Shown in pieces: positions 11,836-25,400 of a stretch of DNA of 64,000 nucleotides. Below the pieces are notes generated by a model. It had not been told where the DNA came from and ran no database searches. It saw nothing but the letters and a program-made list of their open reading frames with translations. The DNA lies in NCBI GenBank assembly GCA_013239625.1, contig MU054187.1, positions 5,095,757 to 5,159,756 of the forward strand, written 5' to 3'. Position 1 is the first letter of the stretch. Every line of letters begins with the position of its first letter. This DNA is from Lama guanicoe (Eukaryota). A program made the translations under genes and the position numbers.

Positions 11836-13229
11836 AATTAACACAGTATTCCCAAAATACACCGAAGTCACTCCAGAACCACACTACGGTAATCCTACAT
11901 TATGTCAGCTCACATCAATCATTCGTTAGCGGGACACATCTAAAAAAGTATGAGCAAGCTTGATTAAGCAAAGAATGTCAGACTCAACCAAACTTAATCA
12001 AACGGATTTGATATGAATAGAAAGCGTATTGTTCACACACCTGTTATGAGTGAAAGCAACAATTATCAAATATTTTCCAAATTGTCTTCTAATGAATCTA
12101 AGAGACTGTATATATAGTCAAGAGAACTACTTTTAGACTTTTTGTCTTTCCTTTCTCCTCGTTACAGTTGCTTCGGGTTGCCTGCTGTTAAATGCGTCCC
12201 TACAAGGTGAAGAACACACACACACACGGGTGAAGGAGAAAGAATTTTAGGATTTCTGTTCCATCCTCATTATTTCCCTGGACGTGATGCACACCCTTGC
12301 TCGTGTTCATTAATGCTCCCCTCCTCTTTATTTCTTATTCCCTCTCATTATCCTTCTAACAGGATAATGTCCTGCCACTGTCCATTTTTTCTCATTTCTG
12401 TACCATTACCCTAACTACCTCATTCTGGCTTCCCACTAATTTTCCCTTTAGGCTGAAATTAAAGAATCTGAAACATTTCTGTAAATTGCTGAAACTGTTT
12501 TTTTCTTTCAGAAAAATATTCAACAATCATTTATAAAGCCTTCCTGTATTTACCTTCTGGTTTTGGACAGAGAAGAACTAACTTAAATACTTTAAAAAAT
12601 TATATTTTCTAAGATAAAACAACACCTTAGTTATTAAATTTACACTTCATTCTGATTTATACTGTTTTATACCCATTAAAGAGAAAAATGAAAAAACTCA
12701 AAATTATAATAATTTTAGTGTTTCCTTAATGTACCTGAAATTCACATGTGAAAAACAACTTAGTCACAATTGGACTCTGAGAAGCATCGATTTCCTTCTG
12801 TCTCAGAAAATTCTAAGGTCTTCTGCCATCTTAGACCATCGGCAGCAACTGAAGTTGGAGGCCTCGCCTAGTGGGTACGGCGGTAACCTCCCACGCCAGT
12901 GACAGACATTTCGCCAGGCTCAGCAAACACTAATTTGACTGCTAATAGTCTGTGTGAAAGGCACTAACCATTAGTTAAACAAACAGACCATCTGAGTGTA
13001 CAACTGTCAACATGACCAAAACCTGCTCACACAGGATCAACAGCACGCCCTGGTCAACTGCCAAAGGGCCCGAGACCCCAGTGTCCACTGCTGCTCAGTG
13101 GCAGGGGCCGTGGTGGCCCAGCGCGGACAGAGCATTCCCTGGCTGTAAAGTGTAAAGGTAGTTTGGAAGGAATCTCAAATCAGAACTGCCTTTGCAGCCC
13201 CACTGCCACTGCCTTAGGAGAAGCTTTTG

Positions 13230-13435
13230 CTGCCTCTGGGTCTGGGATCGCCCTTGCTGGGCTCCCTGGCCCTCACCTCTCCCCATGGCCCTTCCCTTAT
13301 TGCCGAAAACCAAAGAAATGTCATCAGGCCACCCTCTTGCTTTAAAGCCTCCACTGGCCCCTTGACAAGTGAGCTCAAAACAAGCTCTTGCATCATATGG
13401 GACTTGTCACTACCCTGGGCTCCACTAATATCCTT
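13230..13435 (+). mobile_element. LINE-2 fragment
   Basis: atcaggccaccctcttgctttaaagcctccactggcccc resembles L2 'catgtcactcccctgcttaaaacccttcaatggctcc'. Confidence 0.55.
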
Positions 13436-14064
13436 CAAATATGAATACTTGATACTAAAGTCACAAAGACATTTCAGACCCTTAATGAGTGAAGGAATTT
13501 TAAAGCCGGAGGAAACTTAGCATTTTTAAGATACATATTCTCTTTTTATGTCAGACACCACTTCCAAGTATTAATACATAATGTAACAAGGGAAGAACAA
13601 CCAGGTACAGTTTACTTCCCTACAGAAATAGTTGCATTTTTATTATTATAGAAGGTATGGGGGAAAGTATCGCATAACAGATAGGAATAAACTCACCTTG
13701 ACTGACTGTCGAGCCGATATACCTAGTTTTTACTGTGGCTTTACGTGTACTTCCATGAGCTTGCAGAAGTGTAGATCTAGTCTGACAGTAAGACAGTCAC
13801 ATGGCTGATACCATAAAAGAGGTGTGACTCTAAAGTAACATGACTAATTCTTAAGCAAATATACAACTTAACCATAGATATTAACTAGTCCTTTCTAAAG
13901 TACTGAAGTTATCTTGGTAATATTCTAATGGGTTCATCTTGATCTCAGAACTCCTGCTTTGGAACTATCTGTGTGTGGGTGTGCATGCACATGCATGTTG
14001 GTGGGAAAACTTTATTTTAGGGTGAACTAAATTTGGAGAAACAACCAAAAAGTCAATCAGATCT

Positions 14065-14176
14065 GTATCACAGCAAGTACAGCAAAATGTTACAATAGAA
14101 TCTAGCTTTGTTTTAAAACCTTTCAATTTGGCTGTATGTTTGAATATTTTCTGTAATGAACTGTAGAGAGAAAAAT
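14065..14176 (+). mobile_element. Old L1 (L1MC-type) 3' end fragment
   Basis: gcaaaatgttacaatagaatctag...ctttcaatttggctgtatgtttgaatattttctgtaatgaa resembles the L1MC 3' UTR terminus. Confidence 0.6.
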
Positions 14177-17100
14177 CAGAGCTAAACTTTATAAATAAAA
14201 TGGGAAATCTGTCGGGTAATAGACAGGCCCTATGAAATAATGTAAGTGAAGGAACTAAGAACTTATGAGTTATGATGAGTATAGATCTCTACACAGAAAG
14301 CGACAAGAGGGGCAGCCTCAACACGGCTCAAACTATGGGACTCCTTTCCGATTAACTGTGTCGTGTTAAAGGGGAGACCGCTTGCTTGGATCCCGACATT
14401 CCCGTGGCCATATTCCTTATAGAGCACGGGGTCAGCCTGCTGACTTCCCTCCGCTGGCCAGGAATGCTAGATCACTGTGTCTCCCTGCAGCAGCTCCATC
14501 CCCCTCTACTAAAGTGTGGTTTTTGAAAGGACTATGTAGCGAGAATGGAAATTTGATCAAACATGTGGAACTGATTGATGCTGGCATTCAGCCCTGAATT
14601 CATTTAAATTATGATACCAAATACAGTAGAAAGGGACCACGACTTATGAATGGATACTTCCTGTCTTTGCGTGGCTCTGAACCCCAAGGGGTGCCCCAAA
14701 ACATAAGTCTTACAACCACAAAATCTACTCTTCCTTTTTTCTGTTCCCTTTTCTCTTTTGGAACCCATCAGATCCTTCATACACAGCCACTTCCCTGAGC
14801 CAGTTTTGGTGTAACATTTAAAGCCACAGATTACGCTGGGAGGTCAGCACCCATTCCATCAGAGACCGCTGAAGCTGTTTTGAATTCAGAAAAAAACCGG
14901 TGGTATCATGAAAGGCTTCAGAAGGAAAAAACAATTCCAATTTCCCTTTCATGAAACTCATCAAAAAAATAAAAATAAAAAAAGGTGGACTACAGCCACC
15001 AGCCCTGTGTGAAGCAACAGAGCTGCCAAAACTGTGAATAATTAACAGATTTGGAAGTATAAGTAGCTTAAGCCAATCACACATTTGGCAGAGGTGAAAG
15101 GTGACTGGTAACTGGTTACTACACGTGCCCTCTTCTTCAGAAACGCGGCTTCCCACCTGTCCTCACTGACTACACATGGCTGATTCCGCGTCCGTATTTC
15201 CACAGGCTTCGGGGGTGCATCTGAAACCCCCAGGGAGGCAGCAAGACATTTATAACATTCCGTCTTCAGAGCGTTTCAGGTAGCTCTGTGTAAGATAGTT
15301 TTTTTAAGGATTTAAAATAAATTAGCTTATTTCTCCAGGTACATACTCTTCTTTCACCTAGGATAGTTGACAAAATGATCCAAATTTCCCCTCTTATTGT
15401 TTTATAACAGAGTGTTTTAAAATTCTATATGGTGACTTTTTCAAAACACACTTCCTCCCGTGTGCATCAACACTGGACAAAAGCTGGATGGATGAGTGGT
15501 GTCCCTCACTTCAATGTCCTCTTGAGGGAAAAAATTATACACTGACTTCTTATCAAACTCCAGAAAGCATAAAATGGAAAACTAATAGATTAGTTATGTG
15601 TGTGGATAACTGGCTAACTTTGCTGCTTTCAAAACCCATTTTAAACTTAAGTACTGGTGCAATGGCTTAGGAAACTTAGCTCATCTGTCCATTTAGCCCT
15701 ATACATGCCATTCCTCTAAGCCAAAATGGTACATACTCACTTTTGTGTGGAATTGTCTTAAAATGATAAAATGACGGGATTGTATTGTTTTCCAGCCTTT
15801 TATGTGTGGTGAAAATCAGGCTATTTTTTCCTACCCAGCTTCATTCTCTTCTTCCACTATTTACATTTCCTTGGCTATTTTCACATGATTCTCCTTCTTA
15901 ATTTTTACTTCCTTAATTTCCTGCAGACATATCTTTTTTTCTGTTATTATTCAAACAAGCTAAATTTTGAAGCAAATGCACTATGTTTCTTTTAAGATAT
16001 GAAAGAGTTTCACCTTTGATAGCATACATCTGTTCTCTTCTATGTCTGTGAGGTGGTGGTAATAAAAGATTTTTCAAAAATGTCTCAGAGCTCAAGATTT
16101 TATTTTTTAAATAATTCATAGGCAAGACTTGTAACTGGAGTAAAAATAATTCTGCTGCTCAGATGCAGAGGAATCATGTTTGATGTTTAATAGCTAGGAT
16201 TCTATTTCCTATTCACGGTTGCTATCTGAATAATGAGACAGTCTAGAAGCACGGCAGTAAAGTCGGTAGAATACAGCAAGGCCACTCTGGATTCGAGAGA
16301 GCTGTTGGTCCCTCCAAGTCACTCTTGGTAAAATGAGGCCTGATCAGTTTTCCCACTTGTGGCAAGACACAATGAGTGCCCAAAATACCCAAATCAGACG
16401 AGCAAAATTCTGGGGTTTGGTGCCCCATTCTCTACCCCTGTCCTGCCTGGAAAAAAACTACTTACTTCTTCTAACTTATGAAAGGGTTAAATAATGACTT
16501 AGTAGAAGCTGATTTTTGAAGGACTCAAAAAAAAAAAAAAAAAAAACCAGTGCGGGCCGAGCACCTGTGGCTATCATGGAATGAGACCAAAATACTGGAC
16601 TCAAAATTTTGACTGGACTTCAGAGTGATTTTACCAGAAAGTTAGAAGTAAAACGGGGCTCCAGCTCAGCACCAACAAAGTTACTGGGGTTCCTGGATCG
16701 CACAGGTGCCTCCCGCTCCTCCTTGGCCATCACGGCTCACGCCCATGTTTACACCCAACGGTGACTGCCATGATCCGGGCTTTGGGCCTCTGCTTGCAGT
16801 CGGCATGTGCTGGCTTTTGGGAAACTATGACATTACAGAAACAAGCTGATTTTTTTACTCTTCATGTTGACTGGTTTCATTCAATTCTTCATTTGACAAT
16901 AGTAACACAAACTATAGTAACATAAATACCACATTTATGGAGAGTCAACCGTGTGCCAGGTCCCTTTACATTCAATATACACACAATATGAAAAACTAAA
17001 TATTCAACTAAGAATTAATAATAGCATTGCAGAAGCTTTGTATAGTTTTTTTTTTTTAACTCTGCTATTCACCATTTCAAGACAGCTAAACTCTCCTAGT

Positions 17101-18349
17101 GCTCAAGATGATCAACACTGAGTCCTCAGGTCTTATTGGGCGAGCTGCAATTTCAGAGAACTAAATAATAACCCAGGTGGTAATGAAACCCAGGATTGCC
17201 AAAGGTTCATAATTTTCAAACAGGGAGCAATTGAGGCACTGAGGGAACACACACCATCTTCTTGTTGGAAAATAATACCCTGAGCCTGAGTTTAAGTAAA
17301 CTGGGTCATCATCCATACCTTAGTGTCATGGTTTTGAAAACTGCATATGGCATGGTACCTATTTCACAGCTACTTGCTGGTAATAATTCCCTGCCCCACG
17401 GCGCAGGCCAGGTCAGCGGGGAAGTGTGCACATGGGGAGAGAGGAAGGTGCGAGGTTCCGGCATTCACGGACTTCTGCTCACAGCTGGAACAAGACATCC
17501 ACACGCTCACTGTGCAAATTAATTAAATGCAATCTTTGAGCCACAGGTTAGCTTATATTGAATAATTCCACAATTAATCTAAGATAGAACTGAGAAACTG
17601 TATTGCAAACAAAACCCCAAGAAATAGCTCAGAGACTTCTGAAGGAGGAGCCTAAAAAAACACCATCTACACTGATTTCAAAACATCAGAGAATGAAATG
17701 ATATACAATGTTAATTAAATTATCAGAAAAGTGAGTGTAGTAATTTAACAGCAACGTTTTATTCAGAATTTCCCTCTTTGTATTATGAATAAAAAAATAG
17801 AGTCCTGGGTCTGATAGTTGTTGCAATACAGCGTCACACGGAGTTTAAATATCCAGTCCCAGTCTGGGATGATTCCAGGAACAGACAGGAGCTCGACAGT
17901 GTGTGACTGTAAGGCATTCACTGTTACTACAATAATGTAACTTCAGGATAAAATCTGAAGTAAATCTTTGCAGAAAATGATCACGGTTTTTCTAAGAATA
18001 AATGAGTTCAATTCTGTCCTGTCCACAAGGTCAGATGAACATTGTCCCAAAGGTTATAGTTACGATTCCTCAGCATCTCACAGTAAGAAAGAGTCCTCAA
18101 AATCATCCCATGTTCTAAAGTCTTCTCTTTGAGCCCAGTGAGAGTACCTTCATGTGCTGGCAGGTTCCAGTTCCAATGGAAACTGGTAAATTCTACTCTT
18201 GGCCATGATCAGCAACACTGACCAGGAAGCAGCTCAACTAGCCCATCTGTTGGACTGTCTTTAGCAATCACTCCTTGTCTGCCTCTTAGGTACCCTCTTG
18301 AGTCTACACGCCACACACACCCCCCACACACGCAAACTCACCACTGGAA

Positions 18350-18485
18350 CATGGTAGGTATCTTTCTGTTTAACTGATGAACACACTGAAACATCAGGAA
18401 GTTAGGACACTCACCCCAAAACACTGTACATTGTACTACTGACAAACAGTAGAGCAAAATTTCTGGCCTTCTGATTTCAAGTTAA
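18350..18485 (-). mobile_element. MIR SINE fragment
   Basis: ggtaggtatctttctgtttaactgatgaacacactgaaacatcaggaagttaggacactcacccc resembles the antisense MIR core. Confidence 0.55.
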
Positions 18486-21400
18486 CACACCTTCCCCCAA
18501 AGAGCAGGCAAAGGAAGGAGTGTGCTTGGAACTGTCCTTATTTATTTACCATCGTGAATGAATTAAGCCAAAAAAAAGAAGAAGAAGAAGAAGAAAAGGA
18601 ACTCACCGCTGACTTTCCCCTGGAGACATTATTTCAACACTTAAGTAACATCCTCTGTTAAAAATAATTTATTTCATGTGACACACTACTACTGATGGTT
18701 GCATGAGTGTGCACAGCATAATCGAGACATTGCTGTAAGGAACATGGCTACCTCAAAAACATAAAAACATTTTCAAGATGCTTAATTCATTCAAGGACAT
18801 AAATAATATTACTCATAAACTCTTCTCAGCTAATTTGGAATCTATTCCACTGACTCATTTTCAATGATGTTATAAGCAAATTAATTTACTTATCAATTAT
18901 TAGTTTATCAGATAATGAAAACAAAAACAGATGGTGATATAAGAGAACAGACATGATTTAAGCATCTTAACTGTATTTAAATCCATAATATAAGTCAGTT
19001 TGCTCTTTCAACTTAGAGACCATAGAACAGTTAATTAATCACTCAACTGCTAACAAACGTTACTCAGGCTTCGCTTGGCAATTACGTGGTCACTCAGAGA
19101 ATCAAAGGCAATTAAGTAGCTGATCAATGAGCTTCCCTCTTTAATGGCTAACAAAGACTCCCAAGTTTTATCTCCTGTTCTTCCAAATAAATGAGAGAAA
19201 ACATACAATTTTTTATCAGTATCTTAGGCTGAAAAGACTTGAAACTCCAATATCTTTTCAACTTTTTAATATAGATTAAATTCAATGTGTTAATGATCAT
19301 ATCTATAATATAACGAGGTATTAAGTATTAGAAAGGAGACTTAGAGGGAAAAATCGCTTCACTGAATAAGATAAGCAAGGCAGACCAACAGCTAAGCAAT
19401 TATGCAGCTGACTGAAAAAGCAGTGTGATGGAACTACCAGCTCTGTTTTTCTCATCTATAAATTATTTTAAATCCCTTGTAAAAAGATTTCAATAGGATT
19501 TCAAACAATGGTTTTCAAACACTCAGGTAGAAGAACATTTCTGCTGGCTACTGATACCTTTATGAACTCCTGAGTTAAACCACTTCTGTGGATCACAGAG
19601 TGCTTTATAGTTTCCCCAAAGAAAGTGAATCTGTTTGAAATATGAGTATTTAGAAAGTTCACCTCTCTTGTGGAATGTAGTCAAAGACGAGAGCAGAGTG
19701 GTAGGGGTTTCTATACTAAGCGGGCTTTGAAAATTAAAAGCAAAGAAGTATATGCTCTTGTATTATACAGCCACCCTAATAAAAGCAATAAAACACATCG
19801 TGGGGATGCTTGACATGAACAATTCTGTAAGCCTGGGATCGATCCCCAGATTCTTCAAGGGAGGCTGCTGGGCAGTAACCCATTCCCTTGTGCATTTCCC
19901 ATCCCTGCACTCTGCTAAGCCTTGTACTAAATACAGGGGAGCTTGGAATTTCATGTTTTGTGACAATTTATTGTAACTTATGTCCTATTATGAAGTTTGG
20001 ATACAGCCAGAATTAATGCAAGTGCATGAGTAAGGCAGTATCTAATGAAGCAACAACTCAGAGCTGACAGGGGAACTGGATGTGGAGTTGGACCGCCAGG
20101 CGAGCCTGCAGTCTCCCTTCCAGGCCACGTGAGTGAGAACACAGCATCGGTGGGAGTGTCTCAAGAATGTCCCAGGACCACCCAAATGTTAGAAATTATA
20201 AACCAGACAGTAAAATATCGACGTGATCCATCTTCTCAATACGCAATACTTTATTTCCTTGATCCAGTGCTTAAGGAGCCATCAGATTAACGAATTAAGT
20301 AAAAGCAGAATCACATAATCTTTAGTTGAGGCTGTTTTCCCTACCATAAAGCACGAACATGAAGAGGGAAAGCCTCTGCTCTCACTTCGTTCCAACTCCT
20401 TGTACTAACACATAGACCTGAGTGTGTCCTCAATCTCTGTGCCTCTGGCCAAGAAGCTCAAGTTCACTTTCTGGATTTATATCTGCCTCACCTAACATCT
20501 GGGGCATGAGACGTATTTTTTATCTTTTATACTTTCATTTTGACAGGTTGAATTGTTTTTGTTTTTGCTGTGAAGTATCTGTAAGAACAAAACAAACAGC
20601 TCAGTCGCATTCTGCGTGGTGCACTCTGCAGTATTTCACCAATATGGAAATCTTTTCATTATTCTTGATAAAGGTAATAAATCATTCTTTGCTTTCAAGA
20701 TCAATCACTCATCATCAAATATTTATGGGAAGCTATTAAGTGAGAGGCGCCATACTAGAAACTGGTCACACAAAGATTAAGATAAATATGTATATTCTTA
20801 TTGGTTTATGGCATAGAATTACCAGCAGTCAGGATGATTTTAGACGACTTCAAGAACAAAGGAAGAAAGGGTGTTGATGGTGCAGAAGAGCCTTAACGTT
20901 TGACATCAACATACAGACGGTATCTACCATCTACCAAATAACCCTTCACACCACTTACTGGGGACACTATACTGAAGAGAATGAGGTCGGTTCAGTTCCT
21001 TTTGAAAAGGAACAGATTTCCCACTGTCTAATTAGGTTGTAGTTTCCCTTGGTTGATGGGTAGGAAGATAGTAGATGGGTTTAAGAAAATATTGAGGGCA
21101 GTTAACTCAAACAATCCACAGAAACTTTGGGATTATGTCAGACATCTCAAACAGTTATAGAACTTGCAGTAACATCAGGATATGAATAGAACAGATAACT
21201 TTAAAACAACACAGTTTGCATTTTACTTAAACATTGTACCACTTTTCTTTATAAATCCTGAGTTTCTCTATTCAATCTGAGTCTTAAACAAATAAAGAAG
21301 GAAAATCTATTCTGAATTTTAAAAAAAACTTTTGTAAAAATTCTGGGCCTCCAGTAGATGTTTCAAAAATGCCTGTCAGATGAAACTGCATGTTTAGATT

Positions 21401-22309
21401 TCTCACTGAAGTTACAAAATGATAGAGATGATGGAAGAAGTTGAACTGGTATTCAAATTCTCACCATCACACAGACTTCAGTTTTGTCAGCGCTGCAAAA
21501 TTAAATGAAGACATTGATCAGCTCTACTTAGTGAGTTAGTATAATGAGCGTATCTGAAAAATCCTAAATCCATTTTATTACCAGCAGGTGTGTTTGCCAA
21601 AATTTTTGTTTTGCTATTTTGTCTTTTTGTTAGATTCACAACTCTGTTAAAAATCTATGTGAAGAAAAATATAAAATTAAGGGATATTAATTCAACATAA
21701 TATTAAATCTACAAAGAACACAGTTTGGGGTGAAATCTGAATGTACAAGAAATCATCTCATATTACTTTTATACTATCTACTTTTATATAGATGAGAGGA
21801 TGCTATATTTTAAATGTGTAGTGGAAACACTTGAAATATCATTATAGCATTACTTTATATGTATAAATGTTTTCTTACAATTAAACTTACAATCATACCA
21901 AGAGTATAACCTTACATGCTGACTTGTAATTTACCAAAGTCATTTTTGATGAATTTTTAGTTCATTTGCAAAGCATACAGTGAGAGTCTAGACTATGAAT
22001 AGATCATTTTAACAAAATCGAATGTCACCTGTAATGTAGAGATAAATCACATTATTCCTGTTTATTTCAAAGAATAAATAAGCATTTACCTTCTGTAATG
22101 AATTTTATGATAACTTCTCCTGAAATGGTATAGCATCAATAACTCAGAGATTTAATTTCAGAATTAATTCAAGCATGGATTTTGATTAACTATTCTTAAA
22201 ACAAAAATCCCAATTTCCTATTTACCAGAAGGTTGTAAGGTGCTCCACCAGCAATGGTCTTATTGGGAATGAATATCCACATAGGTTATGTTCTCACGAG
22301 AGGCAACAA

Positions 22310-22560
22310 AGTTCACTGGGACTGGACCCTCAGTTCTGTCATTCACCAGCTGGTTGATGCCTGGCCAAGTTACTTAACATCTCTGTTCCTCAGTTTCTCC
22401 TGACAGTATCAGTATGCACCTCACAGGGTTGACAGGACATGACATACTTCAGAATATTAGCAATACACCTCAAAAAGGTGCTATAAGGTTCAAATGAATT
22501 AACAGTGGCAAAGTTCTTAGGAAAAGGCCTGACATATAGAAGCTCTAAAATAAAAATTTT
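22310..22560 (+). mobile_element. MIR SINE
   Basis: cagttctgtcattcaccagctgg...ggccaagttacttaacatctctgttcctcagtttctc...cacctcacagggttg matches the MIR core. Confidence 0.85.
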
Positions 22561-23625
22561 TTAATATGCCCTACTTTCCTGTTACTTATGCAAGACCAAA
22601 ATCTGAGCCTGGATAATGAAGAATATAGTTGCAAACAGTTCCAGACTTATAGAAGTCTAAATACTTCTTTAAAATTCGTATGACAATAAAGCTAATGGTG
22701 ATTATTAGTTTCAGAGGAGGCCTTTGACATTTCCACTTTTTTAAACTGAAGTATAGCTGATTGCCTTTGACATTTTCTGAATAAAGAGAAATCATACATG
22801 CTATCAACCAAACCACTGTTGGGTTCCAAGTTTTTCAAAAGTGTTTTGTTTAATGCACAAACATATACTCTCCACTAAGCTGTTCAGGATTAAGATAAAA
22901 AACTGTATTGCTCGGTATTTCGACCAGAAAGTGCAAAAATTCCTTCTCCTTTTCTATCTCTGATATATGTTATAAGGAAAAACACGTTATCTTCCATAGA
23001 ACAATAATGACTTAAAGCCCCTCGTGAAAAGACAACAGAACACATGGTTTGTGTCTGCCCATGTCCTGCGGCCCTGCCCCACCGCACCCCGCCACAAGCC
23101 CAGCAGGTCTGCCTGGGAAACAGACCGGGCTGCCTCAACTGGGAAAAACATAAAACATAATCTTGACTGTTGTTTCATGCCTTTTATAAGAGTAATAATT
23201 CAGCTGTCTTATACCCAGAAAGGCAGTCTTTATAACATGTTCTGTTCTGTACTGACATTTTTCTACCATTTTCCTTCAAGCGTCATATATTTCAAACAGC
23301 TTGAGAGGAAGAGTTATTGCTCAAAAGTCACTGCTTCCCTTACAGAATCCAGGGAATCTGGATCAATGTGTCAGTGGTATTGAGAACACATGTACACTGT
23401 TTAAGGATTTGGAACTTATCATTGGTCTGGAGGTATTCAAACACCTAATCTATTTCCATTTAAAAGGAAAATGGAAACAGGATTCTCTAATGATGTTTTA
23501 GTGTTACTTTTCTTAGAATTATAGTCAGTCATTCAAGACCAAGCCAATACAGTATGTAAAGTGAAAAAAATTTTGTCAAGTCTAAAAGAGAACATATATA
23601 TATACACCTATATATACCAAAAGTA

Positions 23626-23660
<35 letters not shown>
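23626..23660. repeat. Compound (TG)n(TA)n microsatellite
   Basis: About 6 TG units followed by about 11 TA units; shorter (TA)n runs just upstream at 23594-23616. Confidence 0.95.
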
Positions 23661-24516
23661 CAAAAAATCATGTGTACTTTTATTAAACATTGTTTTCCAA
23701 CTTTGCATCTGGAGTTTAGAATCAATTTTAATCATATTAGAAAAAATATTAGAGTACCATGAAAAAAGAGTGGTTAATTTAACTACTTGTACCAACTTGA
23801 AAGTCAGTCATCCGTTCAGTGTTCAGGGAGGGCTCAGTGTGTGAAAACAAATGACCAAAATGATCTAACAAAACCCTCCACTATTTTAAAACTACATGTG
23901 CATAATAGCAACTTATTTTAACTATTAACCAAATACTCACATTACAATACCCATAAATAATTTAAACTATAATTAACTCTCTTACAAACAGCTCATGAAT
24001 AGGCATGAAAACAGAGGTCATCAGTGTGCAGGAGTCAGCCCCATCTTTGGGTACTCTCCCTTTCTTCTGGCAGAAGGAAAACAAGGAAACATTTTTAACT
24101 ACATGACAATTTTAAAGTCTTGTCCAGTATTTCCAAATGTCGGAGATCAGAAACTGTTTCCTTTTGTCCTGCCAACCTAGCCTTACAGTTTTGAGTTCAC
24201 TGGAAATGGCTTCTGTGCTTTGCATTATGTAATTTAAAGTTGTCAGGATTCAGTAATTAAAACGGAAAAAAGGACTGGGGGTTAGTATTAAAATTTTGAT
24301 GGGACAAATACATTGTTTCAGAAAAATTTTTAGCAACTTTTCCAGGAACAACAACAGTAAACAAAAAAAACCCAACATAGTTCTGAGAATTATAACTTTG
24401 CAAAAGGAAGTTTCTTCACCACAAACCAAATACATTCCTCTAAATGTACACTCTCTCCTAAACTACAGAGATGTTCTCCGCCATATACCACTAGCCATCA
24501 CCAAATCACAGACAGT

Positions 24517-24682
24517 GAGAGAGAGAAAGGAAGAAAGAAAGAGAGAAAGAAAGGAAAGAAAGGAAGAAAGAGGAAGAAAGAAAGGAAAGGAAGAAAGAAA
24601 GGAAGGAAGAACGAAAGAAAAGAAAGAAAGAGAAAGAGAAAGAAGGAAAGAGAGAAGAAAGAAGGAAGGAAGGAAGGGAAGA
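24517..24682. repeat. Polypurine (GAAA/GGAA)n low-complexity tract
   Basis: About 166 nt of G/A with a single C; it produces the spurious K/E/R-rich ORF 24296..24709. Confidence 0.95.
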
Positions 24683-25149
24683 TCTAACCGGTTTCACTGT
24701 GAGAGCTGACAGTTTTCCGGGGACACTTCTGGGTCCGCGCGGCGCCCACTGCGCTGCTGTGATGGCCAGGTGGCTGACTTACTCTGTACACTCCTACAGC
24801 TGATTCAAATGCCAGGCTTGCTGTGATCTCAAAGGGGGAGCCATGCTCAGATCAGCTGAAAAAGGTCCCGGGGACGAGCACGGCTGTAAACCAGGAGCTC
24901 TAGCCAGGGATCAGCAGCAGCACACGGCCCAGCGGAGCTCAGCGCTTGGCCCGCGGCAGACCCGGGGGCTTTCTCTACCCACTTCCCTTCACCGCGCCAT
25001 TTTCTCAGGTCTAAGCTTGTGAATAAAGAACAAGAGCCAATGTGTCCAGCCCCTTTGTTTAACCTGCCACCATCAGTCCAGGACAGAGTTTCGGGCCACA
25101 AGAAAGGCCGCAGCCAGGAGGCCAGGGCCGGGAACGAGGGCTCCAGTGC

Positions 25150-25400
25150 GGGCACCGTGGCCGAGCACATGTACCGGCCTGAACAGACGGAACCAAAGGA
25201 AAAGGCCGGAAGCTGATCCCACCACGTAAGGGAAGTTGAACACATGATGAAAGAGCCTTTAGGGGAGAATGCTAGATCCCTGCCTCACACCTTAGTCAAA
25301 AACAAATCATTAGTAAGTCCAATATTTTGAAGTTAACAAATAAAGTAGAAAGTACCTTAATTTCAATATGGGAAAGGCCTTTCTAAATACAACACAAAGT
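25150..25400 (+). mobile_element. Ancient L1 ORF2 C-terminal remnant
   Basis: 25272-25307 translates to LDPCLTP*SKTN (L1 ORF2 LDPYLTPYTKINS). Upstream RNQRKRPEADPH resembles WNRIESPEIDPH, and downstream atgggaaaggcctttctaaatacaacacaaa resembles the GKDFL..T region. Confidence 0.7.

Noticed and set aside
13697..13830. Strong minus-strand donor AAG|GTGAGT at 13697
   Set aside because: No convincing acceptor giving an open exon; isolated consensus donors are common in introns.
20995..21013. Near-perfect palindrome gttcctttt-g-aaaaggaac
   Set aside because: A 9-bp arm is expected by chance in 64 kb of AT-rich DNA, and there is no supporting context.
24296..24709. 137-aa K/E/R-rich ORF
   Set aside because: Translation of the (GAAA/GGAA)n tract.
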